Positions 50,550-61,120 of a stretch of 64,000 nt of DNA are shown piece by piece (position 1 is the first letter of the stretch; every line of letters starts with the position of its first letter). The stretch covers positions 179,007 through 243,006 of the forward strand of contig CAWKDC010000003.1 of assembly GCA_963848305.1 (NCBI GenBank), read 5' to 3'. The stretch is from an uncultured Gammaproteobacteria bacterium. GTDB lineage: Bacteria; Pseudomonadota; Gammaproteobacteria; JABCZS01. The notes under the pieces are model-generated. The model was not told the DNA's origin. It saw only the letters and a list, made by a program, of their open reading frames with translations, and did not search any database. The position numbers were made by a program, and so were the translations under genes.

Positions 50550-53500
50550 ATGGGTATCCCACATAGCAGTTCGCAGGACTTGACACAACAAGTGCTCAAT
50601 GATGCTGTGCTATGTTTGAGAAAAGGGCGATCTGTTTTTGAATACCACTACGGGGAGGTTTCCCATGCCTTACGCCATCAAGGAACAGAAAAATATTTAA
50701 CAACGAAAGAATATCGGCAGAAGCAAAAACAGATAGATTATCTGTTGGCGCACGAATTAAACGGCACATGGTGGTTTATCTCATCGGTGTATTGCTGGTG
50801 GTATGACATTGATTTGAAAGATACGCAGCGATACATATTGGGAATACTGGATAGGCTTTACCATGGAAGACTTCAAGTAGACAAGCTACTTCCTGGGGAA
50901 CGGGCTTTTGTGAGAATATTTCAATCGAAGAGTTTGGCGCCATTATTTGTATTTATGAAATCTATTTTCATAAAACTGGAAGCGCTTCAATCTTTTGATG
51001 AGCTCATTAGAAGAACATGGGCAGCCTTCACCGGCACAAAAGTTTCTTCACCAAAACCAGCAGTCATTCAGGCGGGCAATAAAATGCAATCATTACCAGA
51101 AAGACAACCATCCACTCAACCATCAAAGCAAACCGTTTGGCATGGGCGTGCGGTTCAGATGGTTTCTGAGGCTGTGTCTGAATCAAACGAACGAGTCAGT
51201 GGATGTTCCAGAGAATTCAATAAACATGATTGGCCTGCAACGATTGTAGTGTCTCTGGATAGAGCGGCATACTCGACGAAAGCAGCCTACGATGCATCCG
51301 AAAAACAAATCAAATCTTTATTAAAGCGAACGGAAGAGCAAATTATAGTGTGTGTTCCTGCTGGATTTAGCGATTTAGAGCTTCTCAGGCAGGATTGGCA
51401 GAAAGCGGAACGGAATATTGCTCATATCATTGCAAACGTCTGTCTATGGAAAAGCACAGATTATATTTTGGACAATTTTACAAAAGAGCAGGTAAAGAAT
51501 CATTTCAAAAATTTGCAGGCAATTGTTCAGGACGCGTTGGCTTTGTTTCTGCCATTGCTGAGAGCACATGAAACAACGCTACGGATTATTAGGCTGCAAA
51601 ATCAAATAAAAAAATGCCCTGATTTGCCAGATATACATGACAAAGAAGGCATTAAGCAATATTTTGGAATACAAAACGCTTCATCCAAAGCTGCTTTGTG
51701 GCAGGAGAGATATTGCTCAATGAATAAAATGAATACAGAGCTGCATAAGCTTGAGGAAACTCATTTGGGTGAGGTGATTGTAGGAGACGTGTCTGGGAGA
51801 GAAGCTGTAGAAGAGGTGGCGGAAAAGCTTGGCAGGATGCAGCAATCTGCGCAAGCGTGTGCGATGTCTTATATGCAAGTGATGTTTGAAGAGACAAAGG
51901 AAACGATAAGAAAGGCTATGACAAATGATGTCGAGTCATTTGAATTGGATATGAATCAAGAGATAGAAAGATTCAGTGTGGAGGTTGTTTGCTTTAGCGA
52001 AGAGGTTTGTCCTGGGTTAAATGTTAAAAAGGCAGAGTATATCAAAGCGCTAGAAGCGTTTTTGAGAGAGATGCACGGACGATTGCTTGTTTTAGCTTTA
52101 CTTCCCACAGATGATAGAGTATCGAGAATAGAGGAATACAACACTGCAGACAAGGAAAAAGAAGAGGATGAAAAACATAAGCCAGCTTTTGTTGCTCAAG
52201 AGTTGAGTGCCGAGATTGAGGCTATCCAAAATGGGTTGTCCCGATTTCATGAGCAGCTTTCGGAAATGGATAAGGTGTCACTCATACTGAACTATGCAAT
52301 TCGATTGCTTCACTTTTGTTCTGAGAAAAAAGCGTTATTAGACCCAAACGGTTTGCGTAAACAAAAACGTTTGTTTGAGTGGTTGACAGAAGCTGGCAAA
52401 GATACTGAGAAATCTGAGTGGGAGAAGTTAGATAAGACGGTATTGGGAGCATATAAGGATTTAAACGCTGCCTTTGCTCAATGCATACAGAAGTTGACTG
52501 GCAAGCCACCTGCAGACATTTCAAGGCTGAGTCAATTTATTCAACAATGGAATACTAGCATTGATTTGGGAGAGGTGGATGGGGATATTGTTTTCTTACG
52601 ACAATTTTTCAATGAGAAGGAAGAAAAACTTCAATCGTTGGAAGAAAAGGCCTCCAGTTCAACCCCAGCGACAGTGCAGGCACCTCCATTCGTAGCTCGA
52701 ATGACAACCTGGTTGAGCCAAGCGTTGTCAACGGTGACCTTGCCGCAGCGGTGGAATGAAATTGCACGGGAACAAGAAGCGAGTCATGGGGCATTTCTGG
52801 AATTACTCGAAAAGCAAGTACCGGAGAAACAGGCGAGAAAAGTCGTTGGATATGTGCAGTATTTTAAAGAAAGGCTTGAGGAGTACGAGAGAGCATTTGA
52901 AATTCGTTACAAGGAATGTGGGGATATTGAAAATGCAACAGGACTGCATCTTGTCGCGTTTAAGGAGCAGTATATTGGCTACAAGAAAGAAATAGAGCAG
53001 GCACGACAATTTTTGCAAGGATGGGACGGCCCTGCTGGTGCAGTGGATGCGGTAGATTATGAGACAAGTACTGAAGAGATAAGGAAGAGGACGAATGCAT
53101 TATTTTTAAAAGCGGCGCCTGATAAGAATCAAAACAAGGGAGCATTGGTAGAGAAGCTAACGCATTTGATGATGGAATTCATGCTGAAGCAAAAGAAAAT
53201 GTTACTGACAAGCAACAAAGAGGGCGACAAGTTAGGGGTACAGCCATTTTATGATAGATTTAATGCGATAGATGACGAGGTAGATGCATTAGGAGTTCAA
53301 TGCCGTGCAATGGCGGCGGCTTTAAAAAAACATGAGCTGTTGGGAACAGAGATTGTGCCTGTGTATGATCCAGAGAGGGTTAATGCTATCGAACGAGAGT
53401 TTTATAACCATGTATACAACAAGGCGGAGGAAGGAATTATCTCGGATCATGATGCGTGGTTATTAACAGGGCGTTTTACTCAATACTGTAGCATCTTAAA

Positions 53501-53989
53501 CGAAGTGGCTAGGATTATCATAAGTTGGATGAAAAACACCCTGGAGATGCATGAAAAGATACGTATAGCAGGAAACACAAAGAAGCTCAAGAAAAAGTAG
53601 GAAGAGGGGTTGCAGCAGAAGCAACTTTGCGACAATATGGTGAGGCGTTGTTGGCGGGTTTTAGACAAGACATTGCAGAGGGTAAGTTAAGTCCAAATCA
53701 TGAACTTTATCTTGAGCTGATGAAGATTGATAAGGAAGATAATTATGTAGGTTGTGGCGAGTCAGTATTGCTTAGGTGTATTCATGTATTGAAGAATTCT
53801 GGCGGCACAGGTTTCAATACAGTGTTATCCATGACCGAAAATCTGGGAACAACCTTAAAACATGATGAGCAGCAACCAGCGGAAGTTTCCACAGCTACAC
53901 AAAATGGCGTATTTTTAAGCGGAAGAAGTACTGTTGCTACATCATCAACCAAATCATCAACCAACGCAACAGTAACGCTCGCATTGTAG
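50550..53989 (+). CDS. large coiled-coil protein, divergent member of the downstream J-domain family; frameshift near 53560-53595
   Basis: LNG.W...Y.W...I.....RY.L...PGE.A N-terminal block shared with 56254; degenerate J-like EEIRKR...L.LKAAPDKN. Confidence 0.75.
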
Positions 53990-54039
53990 GAGCGCATATT
54001 TGCGCCCACTCATGCATGGTGTTCAACGCGGGAGACAAT
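53986..54039 (+). repeat. 54-bp direct repeat, copy 2
   Basis: GTAGGAGCGCATATTTGCGCCCACTCATGCATGGTGTTCAACGCGGGAGACAAT. Confidence 0.9.
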
Positions 54040-54225
54040 GCTGCTCGCTGCCGGCTTTGCCATTCCACGGTTATAATAACGAATCTAGCTAACAAATCTT
54101 TATAATAGTCAATCTCTCACACAACTTACAGACATTGTCTGTAGCTTTTCACTGCTAATATGCGAGATAATAGAAACTGATACCGGAAAGGGTATATGTT
54201 CTAAAGTCACTCAGTTGTAGGAGAA

Positions 54226-56164
54226 ATGAAGATGCATACATTCAATACAGGCAATTCAAACTCGAATAACAACAATAATAATCGATCCGGCGTTCCACCC
54301 CGTCATACCTCCGGTGCTGGTGCAGCAGGCGCCGCTCGGACCCACATCCACTGAGGCAGCACAATTTTTGGAAGATGCCATTTTTGCTGTAAAGCACGGA
54401 AATGTTCCGTTCTTAGCGTTGTTATTAGGTAATGCAGAAGAACAAAGAGAGGCTGATCTTAAAATTGTTCAGCTCGGCCATGAAAGAATACGTTTGACGG
54501 CACAACGCGATGCGATATTTGGAAAAGCGTTTTCAAGATGTAAAGAAATTGGGGGATTGATTGGTGAGGCGATGCCAGATGTTGAGAATATAAACGTTGA
54601 AGATATAGAGCATATTAATAAATTTATCAAAACTGCAGAGAATTTCTTAAGTCAGGGTGGTGTTCGACGCATGATGTTAGAGGCCTATAGGATGGTAAAT
54701 GCAGCGAATATGGAGCGTGCTCGTCAACATGACCATGCTTATCGAACTCACTACGTGAATGGGCATGAAAGGGAGATTAATCCGGAGCAAAGACAAGAGG
54801 GAGCGCAGGCCTATGATGAATATATTAGAAAAATTGAGCTAGCCCACTTTGCATCTGATCAAGTCCAAGCAGAAATTCAAGAGAAAATTAAACAAATTCA
54901 AAAAATGATAGATGCTGTGAAGCTAATTGTGGCTGAGTATGAAGTAGCGTTTGCAGCTGTCCATGCAAATGCAGATGAAGATGCAGACATCAAAAATAAT
55001 ATTAAGATGATCAGAGAAGCCAAAGTTGCCCAGATTGTTAGCATCATGGGTGAAAAACCAGAGGATATGCCTGAACGATATCGTGAGTTGTTTAATCTTG
55101 ATGATCAGCACAAATTGCTGAAAGCACTACTGCAGAATGCGTCAGGTGCAAATGTGAATACTGCTCAAGTCGATCGGCATGGGAATACACTGCTATTTTA
55201 TGCGCTTGAAGCAAAAGAACCAATAATAGCCATTCTTGAGCTTTTAGTGAGTCATGGTGCGTTGTTGACGTTGCTACAACCAGGCCCCAGCAGCCGTCAG
55301 CCTTACAGGTTTATTGTTAGGAATGGAAATAATGAAATTGCGAGATTATTTATTAATCATCACATGAGGGGAATAGCCAAGCTGAATCCAGGTCGGCCGG
55401 GCTTTATGAATGCTGAAACCATTCAACACTATATGATCATTCAGCAGCAACTGCTCGAAAACTTCTACGTCGATCTTATGGCATATTTTAATGTGACGCT
55501 GCCATTGACAGAGGCTTCATTTTTTTCAAATCAAAACTATATCCAACAAAGAAAAGCACTCTGGGAACAGTTCAGCGAACTATTTTCCCAAGCTGTGGCT
55601 ATCAACTCATGGTTTATTGTCGGAGATGCTATTGAGCCTTTTAAAGAAGCGATATCCAAACATACCCGCTGGTGGACAGGCCATAGGAGTAGGTTAAGGG
55701 ATATTTTCGAAAAGCATGAAAGGGAGGCCAACCGTCAGCTAGATAAGGTTTCAAACTGGGGTATCATTGCACAATTGCAGGAGCTGATGCAGGACTACCA
55801 ACAGGCAACCTCGAGGCTGGAAGAAGATCTGGCTACTGCCAACAGTGAGATATCAAAGCTTCGGGGTCATGTAGCGGAACAAGGAGTTGAGCTTAGTGCA
55901 CTACAACGAGAAGTTGCGGAATTGCGAGATCTTGTAAATCTTCTACTGAGGGAAAAAACATACAGTCATCGCAATGGTTCCGATCAGAAGAATGATCGCT
56001 CCCAAACGCCACCCAATGAAAGCGACCAATCAGCGAATGAGGATACTCCGCCTACGAGCCCCCGCTTCACCCCTGGGTACAATGAGGGGCAGGGTGGTAG
56101 CTCAAGCTCACAGTCAAACAATGGGCAGCGTGAACAGACGGAAGGAGCGCAGCATAGGTTATAA
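54226..56164 (+). CDS. ankyrin/coiled-coil protein; probable true start 54226 with an early frameshift
   Basis: TAGGAG then ATG 54226 in a different frame from ORF 54314; AIFAVKHGN and GANVN...D.HGNTLLFYAL...ELLVSHGA ankyrin segments; C-terminal coil. Confidence 0.78.
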
Positions 56165-56253
56165 TGTACTGGGTTTAGGCTATGATTTAAGCATATATTA
56201 AATGTTTATTTTGCCTAAACCACTATGGTACACTGAGGGTAACAGGAGACTTT

Positions 56254-58728
56254 ATGTCACAAAGCCCACAAGAGATGTTTGAGCGTGTTGCGGGAAAGCT
56301 GAGTCAAGATGCTAAGTTTTCTGATATATGCCAGCAAGCGGACATGTTGTATCTGGCTGACCGATTTGAGGGAGACATGAGTGCGTCTTCCCCTATTGAG
56401 CAGTACATGGTCTCAGTGCTCAACGGTGATTGGTTGATGCCTCGGTGGTATCAGTGGTACCACAGTATTACTCAGGCAGAAATCGACCGGTATCTGCTCA
56501 GAACCTTTATGTTGTTTCGTGATAAAAAGGATGCGTCACTCACAACATTTCGCCCAGGCGAGCAAGCAGTCATTGCGTTATTAGCACAAGGGGCATATTC
56601 ACCCATCATGCGCTGCATTAATGCAGTCAATCCAATGGGGATATTGTTACGGAGAATCTATAGAGAATACTTCAGCAGTGAGACACCAAGATGGTTTTCT
56701 CAGTTGATGAGAGGGTTTAACGCGTTAACGCGCTGGATATCGGATGATAAGCATAAACCAACCGATGTGACCGTGACCTTAGAAAAGGGCGTCTATCACA
56801 TCAAGCATGGTGATAAACCACCCGTAACTCACCATCAACTTATCGAAGCGAAGCAACAATATGCGGAGACATCCTGGTGGCAATTTTTCAAGAAACGGGC
56901 TTTAAGAAGAGATTACCCTTTTGATGTTCCCACACTGAGCCGTGCCTGGGATTGTTATTGGGTAGAGCAAGAGGAGGAATTGATGAAAGGTCAACGTAAA
57001 GAAGCAAACGACGCAGACATGGCTGCCAAAAAAAGGCGCGATGAGATGACAATCGTGCTTCGCACAGAAACATATTCAATGGGTGTTCTATACGACCATC
57101 ATTTCAGCCAAATTCACCAAAACACCAAAGAGCTGGAAACAATTGTCAAAGATGAAAATAACTTTGTTCGTTTCAAGGAGCGGGTAACCGCTGTCAATGG
57201 GCGATGGAAAGCAAGGATGGAGGAAATCCAGCAAATCATTGCTATTCTAAAGGCCAGAGCAAAGAGTACCCCTAAGGAAGACAGGGCCTGCCAAGAGAAC
57301 ATCACACGATTTGAGAATCTATACGAGCGCTCTGTAGATGGTGCATATCGCAAAGCCATGGAAAGCGCCGAAGAGAAGTTGGCACAAAATCCTTGGGCAT
57401 TACCGAACATTGTGCATGAGTGGCATGGGGTGCAGAGGGAAATCTCAAAATATCTGGCCATATCTACAGAAAGGGTTTTGCATGCAGAAGGTAATGCCAT
57501 TTTCACAGAGTATTATCGTTTGCTGGGATTGCTCAGTAAAATCCGAGCCTTGTTAGGGGAGAACAGTGCTAGCCCTATACTCCAGCAAGTTACGGCTCAG
57601 GAAAGTGGGCTTGGAGAACATTACAATAAATTAAATCAGGCACGAAGCATAGCCATTTCTGTCGGAACACAAGATTTTCAGTATTTTGGCGTAAAAGCAA
57701 ACGATGAAATGCGTGCACTATTTGACAGCATGGGAGAGCTCAGCGACATTAGCATCGAGCTTTTTGAACAGAAAGCGGATGCTATTGTCAACAGATTTAT
57801 ATTGGAAACTCAACGGATCTGCTCAGGCAATGTGCCAGAGCTAGCGAAAGAAAGGGATAATATCATCAAAGCGCTGAATGCGATTCAGCTGGAATACTCC
57901 AATCAATTAAAGGAACGTTTAAAAGAAGGGCAGCGAGCAGTAGTTGTGCTGGCCTCATCATCAGCTCGCCCTCAACCGACACGAGCCACTATCAACGCTG
58001 GTGAGATACCGCTAGAATTTCGTCAATACTCTTATGTAGCACTGGAGGCATATAAAATACTGGGTATTGACCCGGGGGCGCCAAGGGAAACCCTGGGCAG
58101 TATATATCGACACAAATCAATATATGTCCACCCGGATAAGTGCAATAATAACAGTGATGCTCATCATGAGTTCACGAAATTACAATGGGCGCATTTATAT
58201 TTGACCGAAAGCGAAGATTCAGTATTGTATGACGATAAGCGTCATCCTTCATTGGCATTTATGTTAAGGAATATGCAAGAAACAGAAGAGTTTTTGGGAA
58301 AGAAGTTTGTATATCTGGAAGAGTCGATTGCGAAACTTGGCGAGAATCATAGGGAGATTGCTGAGCAATGCCGTTCGAGAGATGTGACGATCAAAGAAGT
58401 CTCCAGGGAAGTAAGGTCGCTTCGTGCGAGGGTGGAGTTGTACATTGCGCAGCAACAACAAGGAGCTGCAGCATCAGGGGCGCCAAAAGCAGCCAGTGTG
58501 CCGCAGAGTCCTCAGAGTCCTCATGCTGCTGACGATTCCCACACCGCCACCGCACCAGAATTAGACACATCAAATACCACAACAGATACTGCTTCAACTG
58601 CGTCGAGTGGAAGAAATTCAATAGGTTCAACAAGCGAACCGTTCACTATGATGTATGCAGGTGCTGGCAAGCCAGCTGCGGATGCAGCAGATCCTCATGA
58701 CAGTACGATGGCAGCTGCGCCTACATAA
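56254..58728 (+). CDS. J-domain-containing coiled-coil protein, tandem family copy 1 (intact)
   Basis: AYKILGI..GA......IYR..S..VHPDK......EF.KLQ.AH..L J-domain; AGGAG RBS. Confidence 0.85.
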   Translation: MSQSPQEMFERVAGKLSQDAKFSDICQQADMLYLADRFEGDMSASSPIEQYMVSVLNGDWLMPRWYQWYHSITQAEIDRYLLRTFMLFRDKKDASLTTFRPGEQAVIALLAQGAYSPIMRCINAVNPMGILLRRIYREYFSSETPRWFSQLMRGFNALTRWISDDKHKPTDVTVTLEKGVYHIKHGDKPPVTHHQLIEAKQQYAETSWWQFFKKRALRRDYPFDVPTLSRAWDCYWVEQEEELMKGQRKEANDADMAAKKRRDEMTIVLRTETYSMGVLYDHHFSQIHQNTKELETIVKDENNFVRFKERVTAVNGRWKARMEEIQQIIAILKARAKSTPKEDRACQENITRFENLYERSVDGAYRKAMESAEEKLAQNPWALPNIVHEWHGVQREISKYLAISTERVLHAEGNAIFTEYYRLLGLLSKIRALLGENSASPILQQVTAQESGLGEHYNKLNQARSIAISVGTQDFQYFGVKANDEMRALFDSMGELSDISIELFEQKADAIVNRFILETQRICSGNVPELAKERDNIIKALNAIQLEYSNQLKERLKEGQRAVVVLASSSARPQPTRATINAGEIPLEFRQYSYVALEAYKILGIDPGAPRETLGSIYRHKSIYVHPDKCNNNSDAHHEFTKLQWAHLYLTESEDSVLYDDKRHPSLAFMLRNMQETEEFLGKKFVYLEESIAKLGENHREIAEQCRSRDVTIKEVSREVRSLRARVELYIAQQQQGAAASGAPKAASVPQSPQSPHAADDSHTATAPELDTSNTTTDTASTASSGRNSIGSTSEPFTMMYAGAGKPAADAADPHDSTMAAAPT

Positions 58729-58741
58729 CGCAGGAGACTTT

Positions 58742-61090
58742 ATGTCACAAAGCCCACAAGAGATGTTTAAGCGTGTTGCGGGGAAGCTGAGTCAAGATGC
58801 TAAGTTTTCTGATATATGCCAGCAAGCGGACAATTTATATCCCGCTGATAGGTTTGAGTCTGTCACCGATGATACATCTCCTATCGAGCAATGCATAGTC
58901 TCATTGCTAGGCGGTGGCTGGCTCATGCCATTTTGGTATCGGTGGTACCACAGTATTACTCAGGCAGAAATCGACCGTTATCTGGTTAGAGCGCTCTTAC
59001 TGTTTCGTGATAAAAAGGATGCGCCGCTTACAACATTTCGCCCAGGCGAGCAGGCATTGATAGGGCTTTTGGGCGGAAGTGTATATTCACCGATAGTACA
59101 CTTCCTCAATGCCATGAACCCTATTGGCATACTATTGCGCAGAGTATGCTCAATCTATGGCCGTATCAGCCGCGAAACTGCAGATTGGTTTTGGCAAGTA
59201 AGTAAACAGCCATCCACGAGCAATGCGATAGTACCGATGCCTAACCAAAGACAGGAAGAAATACCTTGGTGGCAAGTATTCAAAAAACGGGCAATAAAAC
59301 AGGCTTGGGACGATTACTGGTCTGGGCAAGAGCATGCCTCTTTTCAAAAAAGCGATGTGGAGGAGCAAAAGATGAAAAACACTGAGAACGAATTAACCTG
59401 AACCGGAACTCAATTTATCGCTATTGACAATGAGCAATATGAGATTGGCCAATGGATTAACCAAATCAACCACGCCACACAAGCCGCAATCTCTCAGCTT
59501 GAAAAATTGGTGAATGAGGATGATAGGGATGTTTTTTGGGAGCAAGTTACACTTGCCCATCAATCCTGGGAAAAGTGCTGTGAAAACCATCAGAAAACTG
59601 TAATCTCCCTGCGTGGAATGTCCCAACCAGACAATGCCATGCAAGAAGGTTTAGACAATTTGCAGGTTTTATTCAAGAGAGCAAAAGAACGCTGGGAAGC
59701 AGTGAATAGAAAGATAGAGCAGAAATTACGACAAAACCCTTGGTCACCAGAAAGTATAGAAGCTCAGTGGGAAACAACGAAAGAAGCTGCGCGTTCCTAT
59801 CAGTCCGATAAGCCAGATGGTTGGTTTTTGAGCGAAGGTGTTGAAGCCGTTAAGCGTGAGTACGAAGAATTAATGTCTGCATTCAAGCGGATCAAAGTGC
59901 TTCTTCGGGGAAACAGTGCAAGCAGCATACTCGATGAAATGGATGAGTGGGGTAAGGCAGTCAACGCCTGTTATCGTTTGCGCAGTTTTCAGATATTGCT
60001 CAAAGCAAGTCAGGCAGAAAAGGAGTTTTATGCTCTGGCTCAAGAAGTAGTCAGGAAAATGAAAGGCGAATATGATGCAATGTTGAATTGTAAAAGGGTA
60101 GATATATCGGTTTATCTTGAAAAATCAAACAAATTAATCGCTGACTTTATCAAAAAGACCAGGGAAATAAATCCAGCTTGCTTGCAAAAGCTTGACGAAA
60201 GGAGAAAATGGCTTGAAGGTATGCTCAAATCTTTTCAAGAAAAATACTGCAGGCATTTAGAGGAACGATTAGTTGAAATCGATGCACAAAGAACAGCCCT
60301 TGTCACCGTACCTGCGCCCGAGCCTACGCCAAGATCACAGATCTCTTCTGCAGAAGCTTCGGATGAAATATCCCTGGAGCATCGAAAATATTATTTCATG
60401 GCAGAGCACGCATATCAAGTACTGGGGATCGAACTGGGGGCGCCCAAAAATAAATTAGAGAGTGCATATCGAAAACAATCATTAAATTTTCATCCTGATA
60501 AAAATACAGACTGCGCTGATGAATTCATGAAATTGAAATGGGCGTTGTTACATTTAACGACAAACGATAAAGAAGCATTGTATGTTGACAATCGTAATAT
60601 CCCGCATGAATTTTATATAAAAGATGCACTGGAAACGGAGGAATTTAAAAGGGAAGGCTGCATTTATATTAAAAACGCCATTGCTGAAATATCTGCAAAG
60701 CATAAAGAGCGCGCAAGGGCAATCAAAATTATGGATGCGGAGATAATGGCTCTTGAAGAAGAGTCTAGAATTCAACATGAGCAGCTGGATAGTCTTCAAG
60801 AAGGGTCAAAGATCAATGGAGAACATCAACAGAAAAATGACGAAAAACTAAAAAACATTGGTAATCGAATGGACATCTTATTTGAAAAGCTAGCGCTTTA
60901 TGAAGCGCAACAAGCAACTGGCGCTGAGCCTTTAGTACTTCAGACCTCCAATGTCGCCGAAGAGTCGCGTGATACAACGCCATCTAGCGACAGTTTGAGC
61001 GTAGGATCACCACCAATTACATTTGCATACAAAGCAGAAACATTACAAATACCAGTCTCCGAAAACGAGGCAAGGTTTGTTCCTGAGTAA
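58742..61090 (+). CDS. J-domain coiled-coil protein, copy 2, split by an in-frame TGA at 59399-59401
   Basis: starts MSQSPQEMF like copy 1; both ORF halves are in the same frame; AYQVLGI..GA....LESAYRKQSLNFHPDKN. Confidence 0.82.
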
Positions 61091-61120
61091 GATGCTCTAA
61101 GTAACACCGCAGGAGAATCC

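Noticed and set aside
59399-59401. Selenocysteine or programmed readthrough at the in-frame TGA
   Set aside because: No convincing SECIS-like hairpin seen and paralogs have no Cys there; error or nonsense mutation is simpler
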